A program made the translations under genes and the position numbers. This document shows positions 17,408 through 27,894 of a stretch of 64,000 nucleotides of DNA, piece by piece. Below the pieces are notes generated by a model that worked only from the letters and a program-made list of their open reading frames with translations, was not told where the DNA came from and searched no databases. Each line of letters begins with the position of its first letter. The stretch's first letter is position 1. The stretch is from an uncultured Holophaga sp. (lineage in GTDB: Bacteria > Acidobacteriota > Holophagae > Holophagales > Holophagaceae). The DNA lies in assembly GCA_963664825.1 (NCBI GenBank), contig OY761614.1, positions 2,080,001-2,144,000 of the forward strand, given 5' to 3'.

Positions 17408-19057
17408 ATGAACGTGCTGCGGCATGGCCCTGACCGATCGACCCAGGCTGAATGGTGGCGGGGTGCCGCCATCTACCAGATCTACCCCCGCAGCTTCCAG
17501 GACACCAATGGCGATGGCATCGGGGACCTGCCTGGCATCACGGCCCGTCTGTCCTACATCGCCGATCTGGGGGTGGATGCCATCTGGATCTCCCCCTTCT
17601 TCACCTCGCCCATGATGGACTTCGGCTATGACGTCTCGGATTACCGGGGCGTGGACCCAATCTTCGGCACCCTGGCCGATTTCGACCGGCTGGTGGCCGA
17701 GGCTCACCGCCTGGGGTTGAAGGTGCTCATCGACCAGGTGCTCAACCACACGTCTGACCAGCACGCCTGGTTCCGGGAGAGCCACCTCGACCGGGACAAC
17801 CCGAAGGCCGACTGGTACGTGTGGGCCGATCCTCGGCTCGACGGCACGCCGCCCAACAACTGGCTATCCGTCTTCGGCGGTTCGGCCTGGACTTGGGATC
17901 CCCGCCGTCGCCAGTACTACCTGCACAATTTCCTGGCCTCCCAGCCGGACCTGAACTTCCACCACGGGCCCGTGCGGGACCAGCTCCTGGAAGAATGCCG
18001 CTTCTGGCTGGAGCGAGGGGTGGATGGCTTCCGCTTCGACGCTTGCAACTTCCATTTCCACGACCAGCGGCTGCGGAACAATCCGCCCGCCGGGGCCAAT
18101 GCGCCGGAACTCTCTTCTGTGCGGCCCGGGAATCCCTATGGTTTCCAGATCCACAAATACGACAAGAGCCAGAAGGAGAACCTGGCCTTCCTGAAGCGCC
18201 TGCGGAAGCTCCTGGATGGCTATGGCGCCATGAGCGTGGGTGAGGTGGGTGAAGAGGAATCCCAAGCGACCATGGCTCAGTACACGGGCGATGGCGACAA
18301 GCTGCACATGGCCTACGGGTTCAGCCTGCTCACCGACGAGTTCAGCGCCAGCCGCATCCGCGAAACGGTCGAAGGCTTGGAAAAGCGCATCAAGCCCGTG
18401 GGCGGCTGGTGTTGCTGGTCCTTCTCCAACCACGATTGCGTCCGGGTCGTCACCCGGTGGGGACAGGGGGCCGGCAGTCCGGAGTTTGCCAAGCTGCTCC
18501 TGGCGGTGCTGGGCTCCCTGCGGGGTTCCTTCTGCATCTACCAGGGGGAGGAGCTGGGCCTCACGGAGGCCGAAGTGCCCTTCGACCGTCTCACCGATCC
18601 CTACGGCATCACCTTCTGGCCGGATTTCAAGGGCCGGGACGGTTGCCGCACGCCGATCCCCTGGACCAGCGAAGCCCCTCACGGGGGATTCTCGAAGGGG
18701 GAACCCTGGCTGCCCGTGGCCCCCGAGCACCTGCCCAAATCCGTTTCCGCCCAGTCCCAGGAACCGGATTCCGTGCTGGGTTTCTATCGGACCTTCCTGG
18801 CCTGGCGCAAGGGTTTCCCGGCCCTGCGGCAGGGGAACCTGCGCTTCCTGAAGTCCGAGCCCCAGGTGCTGGCCATCCGGCGGGAACTGGAGGCCCAGCG
18901 GGTCCTCGCCGTCTTCAATCTGGGCCCTGAACCCGCAGACTTCGCCCTGCCCCTGGGGACACGGGCCCTCCATGGCCATGGTCTTCATGAAGTCGAAGCG
19001 GAGGGTCGGAACCTGCACCTTCCGCCCTGGGGTGGCTTTTTCGGCACCACCAACTGA
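17408..19057 (+). CDS. Alpha-glucosidase, GH13
   Basis: AAAGGA RBS; WWRGAAIYQIYPRSF, DFGYDVSDY, LNHTSDQH, DGFRFDA, VGE, SNHD, GRDGCRTP. Confidence 0.92.
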   Translation: MNVLRHGPDRSTQAEWWRGAAIYQIYPRSFQDTNGDGIGDLPGITARLSYIADLGVDAIWISPFFTSPMMDFGYDVSDYRGVDPIFGTLADFDRLVAEAHRLGLKVLIDQVLNHTSDQHAWFRESHLDRDNPKADWYVWADPRLDGTPPNNWLSVFGGSAWTWDPRRRQYYLHNFLASQPDLNFHHGPVRDQLLEECRFWLERGVDGFRFDACNFHFHDQRLRNNPPAGANAPELSSVRPGNPYGFQIHKYDKSQKENLAFLKRLRKLLDGYGAMSVGEVGEEESQATMAQYTGDGDKLHMAYGFSLLTDEFSASRIRETVEGLEKRIKPVGGWCCWSFSNHDCVRVVTRWGQGAGSPEFAKLLLAVLGSLRGSFCIYQGEELGLTEAEVPFDRLTDPYGITFWPDFKGRDGCRTPIPWTSEAPHGGFSKGEPWLPVAPEHLPKSVSAQSQEPDSVLGFYRTFLAWRKGFPALRQGNLRFLKSEPQVLAIRRELEAQRVLAVFNLGPEPADFALPLGTRALHGHGLHEVEAEGRNLHLPPWGGFFGTTN

Positions 19058-19152
19058 ATCGCTCTCTCCCAAGGCCCTCCGAGTCCGGAGTGGCCCATCT
19101 TCAACGCAGTTCACCACAGCCGCTCTCGCGGCATTATTCAGGAGGCAACACC

Positions 19153-20526
19153 ATGAAGCGCAATCGTCTTCTCCTTGCCGCTCTGCCCATGGCGCTGGCG
19201 TGCGGGCCCATGTTCGCCCAGGACGTCTTCGAACTTCACGGCTACATGCGCGCAGGGGTCGGCCGCTCCTCCAATGGCGGTGAGCTTGCCAGCTTCTATA
19301 TGCCCGGCACCGTGGGCAATCCCTCGGGGGGCCCCGGATACCGCCTCGGCAACGAGGAGGATAACTACCTGGAACTGGCCATGGATGTGCGCGCCTACGA
19401 GAAGGGCTCCACGAGCTTCAAGCTCCACTTCCGTCCCACCTTCCGCCAATACAATGACGCTCGGGATGCCAGTACGGATGCCGGTGGGAACGTCGACAGC
19501 TCCCACTCCGCCACCCAGAACCAGATGGTCTACCTCCGGGAGGCCTGGGGCGAAGTGAACGGCATGCTCGGCAGCTCCGATATGCTCAAGGACGCCACCC
19601 TCTGGGCCGGGCGCCGTTTCTACCAGCGCCACGATTCCCATATGCTGGACTTCTACTACTGGAATAACAGCGGCGATGGCGTGGGCCTCGAGAACGTCAA
19701 CGTGGGTCTCGGGAAGTTTAGCTATGCCTACATCCAGGCCGACCGTAACAACGTGGATACCGGGTGGGGGACGGGCAACTTCCCGGGCAAGACTCAGACC
19801 GATGTATTCAACTACAACGGCAAGGTGCTCGTGGGCTCCCACGATCTCCGCTGGTCGGGCCTCTCCCCCTGGCAGGGTGCCTCCTTCACCCTGGGCTTCC
19901 AGTACAACGAACCCAGCAGGCGGAAGGGAACGGATACGCTCGTCTACAACAACATCGGTCGCCGCTTCCACATCGAGTATCAGCAGTCCAATATTCTCGG
20001 GGGCGACAACAAGCTCTACATCACCAAGGGCGATGGCTCCACCTTCTGGAACTGGTACAACCCCGAGTTGAACACCCATAACAACTGGTGGATGGTGATG
20101 GATAACCTCTTCCTCCAGCCCACGAAGCAGTTCGGGGTGGGAGTGGTGGCTGTGCATCGGGTCCAGAACGAGGACGATCGCCAGCCTGGCCATCGGGACA
20201 TGACCTGGAATTCCATCGGTGCCCGTCCCACCTGGTTCTTCAACGATCACATCAGCTTGGCTGCTGAGATTGGCTACGACCAGTTCAAGGTGAAGGGCGA
20301 CGGTTCCGGGGCCGATGGCCAGAACCGCAGCATGCTCAAGAAGACCCTGGCCCTCCAGTTCAGCCCCCAGGCGAGCTGGTGGTCCCGGCCCGTGCTGCGC
20401 CTCTTCGTCACTCGGGCCAATTGGAACAATTACGCCACGGCCTGGGGCACGCCCAGTGCCCTCGGCGTATTCAGTGGCTGCCAGGCCGGCACGACCGTTG
20501 GTGCTCAGGTCGAGGCCTGGTGGTAG
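19153..20526 (+). CDS. lamB: Maltoporin (LamB-family carbohydrate porin)
   Basis: GGAGG RBS, signal peptide; HGYMRAGVG, YRLGNE, LWAGRRFYQRHD, RPVLRLF, C-terminal GAQVEAWW. Confidence 0.9.
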   Translation: MKRNRLLLAALPMALACGPMFAQDVFELHGYMRAGVGRSSNGGELASFYMPGTVGNPSGGPGYRLGNEEDNYLELAMDVRAYEKGSTSFKLHFRPTFRQYNDARDASTDAGGNVDSSHSATQNQMVYLREAWGEVNGMLGSSDMLKDATLWAGRRFYQRHDSHMLDFYYWNNSGDGVGLENVNVGLGKFSYAYIQADRNNVDTGWGTGNFPGKTQTDVFNYNGKVLVGSHDLRWSGLSPWQGASFTLGFQYNEPSRRKGTDTLVYNNIGRRFHIEYQQSNILGGDNKLYITKGDGSTFWNWYNPELNTHNNWWMVMDNLFLQPTKQFGVGVVAVHRVQNEDDRQPGHRDMTWNSIGARPTWFFNDHISLAAEIGYDQFKVKGDGSGADGQNRSMLKKTLALQFSPQASWWSRPVLRLFVTRANWNNYATAWGTPSALGVFSGCQAGTTVGAQVEAWW

Positions 20527-20539
20527 TTCGCAGTTGAAT

Positions 20540-20570
20540 CCAGGCGCCCGAAGCCTCTTCGGGTGCCTGG
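20540..20570 (+). other. Intergenic stem-loop without U-tract after lamB
   Basis: ccaggcgcccgaag-cct-cttcgggtgcctgg. Confidence 0.6.
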
Positions 20571-20652
20571 GCTGTTGACCTTTGCGATTGGCGCTCGCCC
20601 GGGTACCCAATCCGTTCCGGGCGCTGGTCGCGAAATTCCAGCAGGAGCTTGA

Positions 20653-22320
20653 ATGAAGAAACAGGCAGTCATCTTCTCCTTTGCCATGTTGCTTGGCGGG
20701 ATGGGCTGTCTCAGCAATGGCGCCGCGAAGTATCAGCCCGATACTTCCACCCTCGCCCCCGGCCAGCAGATGGAGAACGGGGCGAACTGGTACAACGACG
20801 CGGTGATCTATCAGGTCTGGGTCAAGGCCTTCAGCGATGGCATCAAGGACGATGGCATCGGCGATCTGCCCGGGCTCAAGGGGCGTCTGGATTACCTCCA
20901 GACCCTCGGCATCAATACCATCTGGCTCTCCCCCATTTTCGAGTGCAGCTACAAGGGGGAGAACATGCATGGCTACGATACGGTGGACTACTACGCCATC
21001 AACGACCGCTTCGGCGGAAAGGCCGATCTCAAGAGCCTGCTCGACGACGCCCATGCCCGGGGCATGCGCGTCATCTTCGATTTCGTCCCCAACCATACCT
21101 CCACGGCCCACCCCTGGTTCACGGGGGCCTCGACCCGCGGCACATGGTATCTCTGGCAGCCTTCCATACCGTCCGGATGGGGCTATCCCTGGGGCGGTGG
21201 CTCCCCCAGCGATGTCTGGAAGAGCGGCGCCAATGGGTACTTCTACACCTCCTTCGGTGTGGATTCCATGGCGGACCTGAACTACTTTGAGCCCGCCGTT
21301 GTCTCCGAGATGCAGAACGTCCAGCGCTATTGGCTGGATCGCGGCTTCGATGGCATAAGGGTCGACGCCGTGCGCTACCTCTGTGAGACGGGTCCCGGTC
21401 AGGCCGCGGACCAGCCCGATACCCACGCCCGCCTGAAGGCCTTCCGCTCCGTGCTTGATGAATACGCCACCGGGAATGCCCATCCCCATCCTGGCGATGA
21501 CCCCGCCAAACACAGCGTGAAGATGATGATCGCCGAGGCCTGGACCGATAGTGCCTCCGGCATCACGCCCTACTATGGGAACGGCTCCGACGAATTCAAT
21601 ATGTGCCTGGATTTCAGTCATCCCTGGGCCGTCTACAACGCCATCAACACCCCCGACGCCACCCAGCTCACCAACCTGTGGGACTTCGAAAAATTGCACT
21701 ATCCCGCGGGCTACCGTTCCGCCACCTTCGATTCGAATCACGACAACCTGATCTCCCGCCCCGGCACCCAGTACGGAGGGGATGCCCGGCGCATCATCCT
21801 GGCTGAGGCCCTGAATGTGCTCTCGCCCGGCACACCGATCCTCTACTACGGCAACGAGATCGGGATGACGGGAACCAGCGGCACAGACCTGAATCTGCGG
21901 CAGCCCATGGACTGGAATGCCGTGGCCACCCAGTCCGCCCAGCCCGAATCGATCCTCAATTGGTGCCGCTATCTCATCCAGGCGCGCAACGCCTATCCGG
22001 CCCTCCGGGGCGCCTACAGCGTTCTGCAGACCGATCTTGGAACCGGCAAGGTGCTGGCCTACCTGCGGAGTTCTGGCAACGAGCGCATCATCGTCATCGC
22101 CAATCTCACGGCCTCCACCCAGTCCGCTGTCATCACGGGCCTGGACGCCGCTGGGATTCCGGCCGACGGCCCCGTTGGGGCCGTGATCGGAGACCCGAAG
22201 GGCGTCACGTCCCTGAGCGGCACCTCCTATTCCGTCCTCGATCTGCCCCCCTACGGTCTCCGCGTGCTCTACGCCACAGGCGGGGCCTTCAGGGGCACGC
22301 TCCACGGGGATCGCCCCTAG
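20653..22320 (+). CDS. Alpha-amylase family GH13 lipoprotein
   Basis: AGGAG RBS; lipobox-like GMGC; HGYDTVDY, VPNHTS, DGIRVDAV, IAEAW, SNHD, YYGNEIGM. Confidence 0.88.
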   Translation: MKKQAVIFSFAMLLGGMGCLSNGAAKYQPDTSTLAPGQQMENGANWYNDAVIYQVWVKAFSDGIKDDGIGDLPGLKGRLDYLQTLGINTIWLSPIFECSYKGENMHGYDTVDYYAINDRFGGKADLKSLLDDAHARGMRVIFDFVPNHTSTAHPWFTGASTRGTWYLWQPSIPSGWGYPWGGGSPSDVWKSGANGYFYTSFGVDSMADLNYFEPAVVSEMQNVQRYWLDRGFDGIRVDAVRYLCETGPGQAADQPDTHARLKAFRSVLDEYATGNAHPHPGDDPAKHSVKMMIAEAWTDSASGITPYYGNGSDEFNMCLDFSHPWAVYNAINTPDATQLTNLWDFEKLHYPAGYRSATFDSNHDNLISRPGTQYGGDARRIILAEALNVLSPGTPILYYGNEIGMTGTSGTDLNLRQPMDWNAVATQSAQPESILNWCRYLIQARNAYPALRGAYSVLQTDLGTGKVLAYLRSSGNERIIVIANLTASTQSAVITGLDAAGIPADGPVGAVIGDPKGVTSLSGTSYSVLDLPPYGLRVLYATGGAFRGTLHGDRP

Positions 22321-22420
22321 CATCCCATCAGCACCCAACCCATATTGAAGGCCCTTCCCGTTCCTCCCACCTGAAACTCGATTCCCGTTTTCCTTCATCG
22401 TTCTGCTCGGACCCACTCCC

Positions 22421-23524
22421 ATGGCCAACCTCCAATTCAAGGCACTGCGCAAATCCTTCGGCGAGGTCGAGATCCTCCACGGGATCGACCTGGAGATCCA
22501 GGATGGCGAGTTCATCGTGTTCGTGGGGCCCTCGGGCTGTGGCAAGTCCACGCTGCTGCGCTGCATCGCAGGGCTGGAGGAGATCACCGATGGCGAACTC
22601 CGCATCGGCGGGAAGGTGGTCAACGATGTGCCCCCTTCCAAGCGCGGCATCGCCATGGTGTTCCAGAGCTACGCGCTCTATCCGCACATGACGGTGAGCG
22701 ACAACATGGCCTTTGGCCTCAAGCTGGCCGGGCTGCCCAAGGAGAAGGTCGCCGCCGCAGTGGCGAGGGCCGCCCAGATCCTCCAGATCGAATCCCTCCT
22801 GGACCGCAAGCCCAAGGCCCTCTCCGGAGGCCAGCGCCAGCGCGTGGCCATCGGGCGGGCCATCGTCCGCAAGCCGGGCGTCTTCCTCTTCGACGAGCCC
22901 CTTTCGAACCTGGATGCCGCCCTGCGGGTCCAGATGCGGGTGGAGCTGGCTAGGCTCCACAACGAACTCAAGACCACCATGGTCTATGTCACCCACGATC
23001 AGGTGGAGGCTATGACCCTGGCCAATCGCATCGTGGTCATCAACCAGGGGCGCATCGAGCAGGTGGGCTCCCCCCTGGAGCTCTACCACCACCCGGCCAA
23101 TCTCTTCGTGGCGGGCTTCCTGGGATCTCCCAAGATGAACTTCCTGGAATGTGTCCTGGTTTCGGCCGATGAACGGGGAACCCTCGTGCGCCTTCCGGAC
23201 GGCAGCGAGATCTCGGTGTTGGCCGATGCGCGGGGCCTCAACGCGGGGGATCCCCTGAGTCTAGGCATCCGCCCCGAGCATATCCTCGCCGATGGGTCCG
23301 AAGCCGACCACGTGGTGCGCGGCCATGTGCAGGTGGCGGAGCATCTGGGCGACACCACCTTCCTCTATGTCCGGGTGGCCGGGGCCGAGGAGAACCTCAC
23401 CGTGAAGGCCAGCCCCGATAACACCCTGGGCATGGACGATATCGCCCAGCTCCACTTCCCCCCGCATCGCAGCTTCCTCTTCGATTGTCAGGGTCGGACC
23501 CTTCCGGCCATTCAACCCGTCTGA
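22421..23524 (+). CDS. malK: Sugar ABC transporter ATP-binding protein
   Basis: GPSGCGKS, LSGGQRQR, FLFDEPLSNLDAALR, YVTHDQ, C-terminal TOBE region. Confidence 0.92.
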   Translation: MANLQFKALRKSFGEVEILHGIDLEIQDGEFIVFVGPSGCGKSTLLRCIAGLEEITDGELRIGGKVVNDVPPSKRGIAMVFQSYALYPHMTVSDNMAFGLKLAGLPKEKVAAAVARAAQILQIESLLDRKPKALSGGQRQRVAIGRAIVRKPGVFLFDEPLSNLDAALRVQMRVELARLHNELKTTMVYVTHDQVEAMTLANRIVVINQGRIEQVGSPLELYHHPANLFVAGFLGSPKMNFLECVLVSADERGTLVRLPDGSEISVLADARGLNAGDPLSLGIRPEHILADGSEADHVVRGHVQVAEHLGDTTFLYVRVAGAEENLTVKASPDNTLGMDDIAQLHFPPHRSFLFDCQGRTLPAIQPV

Positions 23525-23588
23525 GGCGTCCCCTGGACTCCCTCTCGAAACCCCCGTCTGGCCCCGCGGCCCGAAAAAGGAGAAACCC

Positions 23589-24794
23589 ATGAAGTTCCCC
23601 GCTCGAATCACGAAGGTGCTCGGCACCACAGCCCTGGCCCTGGCCGCGGGTTTGGCCTTCACCGCCCGTGCCGGAGAGCCCGGCAAGCTGCTCATCTGGA
23701 TCAACGGTGACAAGGGCTACCACGGTCTCCAGAAGGTGGGCAACGAGTTCACCAAGAAGACCGGCGTGAAGGTGGTGGTGGAGCATCCCGAGGATGCTCC
23801 CGGCAAGTTCCAGGCCGCCGCCGAAGAGGGCAAGGGGCCCGATATCTGGATCTGGGCTCACGACCGGGTGGGCGAGTGGGCCGATAGTGGCGTCATCAAC
23901 GCCCTGAACCCCGGCAAGAAGATCAAGGCCGATATCGATCCCAAGGCCTGGCAGGCCTTCACCATCAAGGGCAAGGTCTGGGCCTACCCCGTGGCCATCG
24001 AGGCCGTCTCCCTGATCTACAACAAGGCCCTCCTGCCCACGCCGCCCAAGACCTTCGAGGAGATCTTCGCCCTGGACAAGAAACTGATGGCCAGGGGCAA
24101 GAAGGCCATCCTGTGGGACTACACCAACACCTACTTCACCATGCCCATGCTGGCGGCCAATGGCGGCTACGCCTTCAGGATGAAGGCCGATGGCACCTAT
24201 AACCCGAAGGATACGGGCGTGAACAATGCCGGGGCCCTCAAGGGCGCCGAGCTGCTCACCCGCATGGTGCGGGAGGGCGTGATGCCCAAGGGCGCCACCT
24301 ACGCCGATATGGAAGCCGGCATGGCCCAGGGCAAGCTGGCCATGATGATCAGCGGCCCCTGGGCCTGGGATAATCTCAAGAAGGCCAAGATCAACTTCGG
24401 CATCGCCAAGCTCCCCACCGTGGGCGGCAGGCCTGCGGCTCCCTTCGTCGGCTACATGGGCGCCATGATCACCAAGGCCGCCTCCAACGCCCACAACGTC
24501 GATATCGCCCGGGAGTTCATCGAGAACCACATGCTGACCCTGAAGGGCCTCGAGACCATCAATGCAGACGTGGCCATCGGCACTCCCGCCAGCAAGCTCG
24601 CCTTCGCCAAGATGAAGTCCGATCCCCTGGTCCAGATCTCCATGGCCAGTGTTCGGGATGGCGTGGTGATGCCCAATAACCCGCAGATGGGGCGCTTCTG
24701 GGCCGCCATGGTTTCTGCCCTCAATAACATGACCGAAGGCCGTCAGACGCCCAAGGAAGCCCTGGATGCCGCTGCCAAGCGGATCCTGAAGTAG
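23589..24794 (+). CDS. malE: Maltose/maltodextrin ABC substrate-binding protein
   Basis: GKLLIWINGDKGY, VEHP, GPDI..WAHDR, MISGPWAW, MPNNPQM: MalE signature segments. Confidence 0.95.
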   Translation: MKFPARITKVLGTTALALAAGLAFTARAGEPGKLLIWINGDKGYHGLQKVGNEFTKKTGVKVVVEHPEDAPGKFQAAAEEGKGPDIWIWAHDRVGEWADSGVINALNPGKKIKADIDPKAWQAFTIKGKVWAYPVAIEAVSLIYNKALLPTPPKTFEEIFALDKKLMARGKKAILWDYTNTYFTMPMLAANGGYAFRMKADGTYNPKDTGVNNAGALKGAELLTRMVREGVMPKGATYADMEAGMAQGKLAMMISGPWAWDNLKKAKINFGIAKLPTVGGRPAAPFVGYMGAMITKAASNAHNVDIAREFIENHMLTLKGLETINADVAIGTPASKLAFAKMKSDPLVQISMASVRDGVVMPNNPQMGRFWAAMVSALNNMTEGRQTPKEALDAAAKRILK

Positions 24795-24802
24795 AATCCC
24801 CG

Positions 24803-24835
24803 GCCTGGATCCGGAGCCCTCGCTCCGGATCCGGC
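24803..24835 (+). other. Stem-loop between malE and malF
   Basis: ggatccggagc-cctc-gctccggatcc perfect stem, no U-tract. Confidence 0.6.
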
Positions 24836-24874
24836 TAGGGCCCTGCTTGCGCTTCACACTTTGGAATACCGCCC

Positions 24875-26407
24875 ATGAGCATCCCTCCAGCCATCAAGCG
24901 CTTTCTGTACCCCATCCTCATGTTTCTCCTGGGATTGGTGGGGCTCTATTTCGTCGTGGTGGTCTACAGCACCGGCGAAAGCCTCCTGGCCGCCACGATG
25001 CTGGTGGCGCTGGCGGCCTTCATCTGGATCTATACCTGGCCCAAGGCCTACGCCTACCGCTATCTCTTTCCAGGCATCGGCGCGGCCCTGATCTTCGTGG
25101 TATTCCCCATGCTCTACACTGTGAGCCTGGGTTTCACCAACTACAGTTCCAAGAACCTCCTGAACTTCCAGCGCGCCACCCAGTATCTGATGGAGGAGAC
25201 CTACCAGGGGGAGGGCGCCACCTACAACTTCGAGCTCCATCCCGCGGGTGGGCGCGTCGTGGCCCGGCTGGAGAATGCCGATTCGGGTGCGGTCTTCGTG
25301 ACGCCGCCCTTCGCCCTGGGGCAGGAGGCGCATCCCCTGACGCTGGTGGCCGCGCCGGCGGCCCAACCCCTGGCCAGCGAACCCATGAGCATCCGGGAGC
25401 TGATTCCCCGCCAGGACTTCCTGAACAGCCTCACCATCGTCATGCCGGACAAGACCCATGTGCGGATGACGGGCTTGAGCGAGTTCTCCCCCGCTCGCCC
25501 CCTCTTCACCCGCAATGGGGACGGGAGCCTGACCAATAACCAGGACCAGAGCGTCCTCCGGCCCAACTTCAAGACGGGCTTCTACGAGACCGCCGAAGGC
25601 GAAGCCGTGACGCCAGGCTTCCAGGTCAATATCCGGTGGAAGCACTACATCCAGATCTTCACCGACGCCAGCATGAGGGAACCCTTCCTCCAGATCTTCC
25701 TCTGGACGGTCCTCTTCGCGGGGCTGACGGTCTTTTTCGCCACCAGCCTCGGCATGGTGCTGGCGGTCCTGCTGAGCTGGGATTCCCTGCGCTTCAAGGG
25801 GTTCTATCGCCTGCTGCTCTTCCTGCCCTACGCGATCCCATCCTTCCTCTCCATCCTGGTGTTCAAGGGGCTCTTCAATAACAACCTGGGGGAGATCAAT
25901 CTCATCCTCGGTAGCCTGTTCGGGATCAAGCCGGCCTGGTTCTCGGATCCCTTCCTGGCGAAGGCCATGATCCTCATCGTCAATACCTGGCTGGGCTTTC
26001 CCTACATGATGGTGGTCTGCGCGGGCCTCATCAAGGCCATCCCCCAGGATCTCTACGAGGCTTCCGCGGTGGCGGGTGCGGGGCCCCTCACCAATTTCTT
26101 CAAGATCACGGTGCCCCTGATCCGGCGGCCCCTGACGCCCCTCCTGATCGCCTCTTTCGCCTTTAACTTCAACAACTTCGTGCTCATCAGCCTCCTCACC
26201 GGTGGGCGTCCCGACATCCTCAATACCAGCCTCCCGGCGGGCACCACCGACATCCTGGCCACCTACACCTACCGGATCGCCTTCGAAGATTCCGGCCAGC
26301 AGTTCGGTCTCGCGGCGGCCATCTCCACCGTGATCTTCCTGATGGTGGCGGCCATCTCCATCGTGCAGATCCGCTCCTCGAAGATCACGGATGACGAAAA
26401 GAGCTGA
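24875..26407 (+). CDS. malF: Maltose ABC transporter permease
   Basis: AYRYLFPG, FTNYSSKN, large periplasmic P2 loop, LYEASAVAGA, FAFNFNNF, GTTDIL. Confidence 0.93.
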   Translation: MSIPPAIKRFLYPILMFLLGLVGLYFVVVVYSTGESLLAATMLVALAAFIWIYTWPKAYAYRYLFPGIGAALIFVVFPMLYTVSLGFTNYSSKNLLNFQRATQYLMEETYQGEGATYNFELHPAGGRVVARLENADSGAVFVTPPFALGQEAHPLTLVAAPAAQPLASEPMSIRELIPRQDFLNSLTIVMPDKTHVRMTGLSEFSPARPLFTRNGDGSLTNNQDQSVLRPNFKTGFYETAEGEAVTPGFQVNIRWKHYIQIFTDASMREPFLQIFLWTVLFAGLTVFFATSLGMVLAVLLSWDSLRFKGFYRLLLFLPYAIPSFLSILVFKGLFNNNLGEINLILGSLFGIKPAWFSDPFLAKAMILIVNTWLGFPYMMVVCAGLIKAIPQDLYEASAVAGAGPLTNFFKITVPLIRRPLTPLLIASFAFNFNNFVLISLLTGGRPDILNTSLPAGTTDILATYTYRIAFEDSGQQFGLAAAISTVIFLMVAAISIVQIRSSKITDDEKS

Positions 26408-26431
26408 ACAGATCCAGGGAGAAATGGAACC

Positions 26432-27322
26432 ATGGCGATCGTCATCGATAAATCCCAGCGCTGGCGCGTGTTTGCCGCCCACGCCTGCATCATTGGCCTC
26501 TGCGCCCTCGTGATCTTCCCCCTCCTGATGGTGGTGTCGATTTCGCTGCGCCCAGGAAATTTCGCCACCGGTAGCCTGATCCCGCAAACCATCAGCCTGG
26601 AACACTGGCGCTTCGCGCTGGGGATGCCCTATCCAGGCTCCGACGGCCAGATGATTACGCCGGATCTGCCCGTGCTGCGCTGGCTCTGGAATTCCATTAA
26701 GATCGCCACGATTTCAGCCGCAGTCGCGCTCTTCCTCTCGACCACCGCTGCCTATGCCTTCGCGCGCATGAGGTTCGCCGGGAAGAAGGTCGCGCTCCTG
26801 GGCCTGATGCTGATGCAGATGTTTCCCACCGTGCTGGCTCTGGTGGCCATCCACGCCATCTTCTCCCGTATCGGCCATCCCTTCCCCGCCCTGGGCGTCG
26901 ATAGTCACTGGGCCCTGATCCTGGCCTACTCCGGTGGCGTGGCCATGCACATCTGGATCATCCGGGGCTTCTTCGAGACTATCCCGGGTGAGATCGAGGA
27001 GGCCGCCACCGTCGATGGCGCCACCCCTTGGCAGGCCTTCTGGCGCGTGCTCCTGCCCATGGCCATCCCCATCCTGGTGGTGGTCTTCCTGCTGGCCTTC
27101 ATCGGCGCCATCAACGAATATCCCCAGGCCTCCATCCTCCTCCGGACCCAGCCCAATCTCACGATGGCCGTGGGAGCCAAGCAGTTCCTCTACGCCCAGA
27201 AATACCTGTGGGGGGATTTCGCCGCCGCGGCGATCCTCTCGGGCCTTCCCGTTTCCGTGGTCTTTATCCTGGCCCAGCGATGGATGGTCTCCGGCCTCAC
27301 GGCCGGGGCCAATAAGGGCTGA
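26432..27322 (+). CDS. malG: Maltose ABC transporter permease
   Basis: SLRPGNFATGSLIP, WLWNSIK, EEAATVDGA, YLWGDFAAAAILSGLP, GLTAGANKG. Confidence 0.93.
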   Translation: MAIVIDKSQRWRVFAAHACIIGLCALVIFPLLMVVSISLRPGNFATGSLIPQTISLEHWRFALGMPYPGSDGQMITPDLPVLRWLWNSIKIATISAAVALFLSTTAAYAFARMRFAGKKVALLGLMLMQMFPTVLALVAIHAIFSRIGHPFPALGVDSHWALILAYSGGVAMHIWIIRGFFETIPGEIEEAATVDGATPWQAFWRVLLPMAIPILVVVFLLAFIGAINEYPQASILLRTQPNLTMAVGAKQFLYAQKYLWGDFAAAAILSGLPVSVVFILAQRWMVSGLTAGANKG

Positions 27323-27378
27323 ACCCTTCACCAACCTCCGAGGGCCAAGGCCCTCCCAACCTCAAGAAGGAGAACCGC

Positions 27379-27810
27379 ATGAGCCTCAGCTCCACACTCC
27401 TCAAGACGATCGCCGGGCTTGCCCTGGCCGTGACCCCAATGCTGGCCACGCCGCCCGAGGGCATGATCGAGATCAACTACCACCGCTGTGATGCCAAGTA
27501 CGAGCGCTGGGGCGTGCATCTCTGGAAGAGCCCCAACATGCCGTTGCCCGACATCGAATGGCCCAACCCCATGATGCCCACCGGCAAGAACGACTTCGGC
27601 GTCTTCTGGCACGCGAAGCTCGACGAGTTCTCCACGGGCTCCAAGGCCCAGGTCAACTACATCATCCACAAGGGCGATATCAAGGAGCAGGGCGGCAAGG
27701 ACATGGCCTTCGATGGCAATGCCCACAAGGCGATCTGGGTCATCAACAATGACCGCGGTATCTACTTCTCCCAGGAAGAGGCCATGAAGGGCCACGTCTG
27801 CAAGAAGTAG
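27379..27810 (+). CDS. Secreted stand-alone pullulanase-associated (CBM41-like) domain protein
   Basis: AAGGAG RBS, signal peptide; INYHRCDAKYERWGVHLW, DFGVFW, NYIIHKGD..KE. Confidence 0.75.
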   Translation: MSLSSTLLKTIAGLALAVTPMLATPPEGMIEINYHRCDAKYERWGVHLWKSPNMPLPDIEWPNPMMPTGKNDFGVFWHAKLDEFSTGSKAQVNYIIHKGDIKEQGGKDMAFDGNAHKAIWVINNDRGIYFSQEEAMKGHVCKK

Positions 27811-27829
27811 CCTGCATGAACTAGCTAGC

Positions 27830-27858
27830 CGCCCCCGGGTATCCGAAACCCGGGGGCG
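27830..27858 (+). other. Stem-loop after the CBM41 gene
   Basis: cgcccccgggt-atccgaa-acccgggggcg. Confidence 0.55.
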
Positions 27859-27894
27859 CCTTGTCCCGATTCCCGAACGCTGCAAGAGGCTTCC

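Noticed and set aside
19138..22656. 1172-aa minus-strand ORF and other long antisense ORFs (e.g. 5972-7837, 27328-29382, 29581-31248)
   Set aside because: Shadow frames opposite well-supported genes in a high-GC genome; no recognisable motifs.
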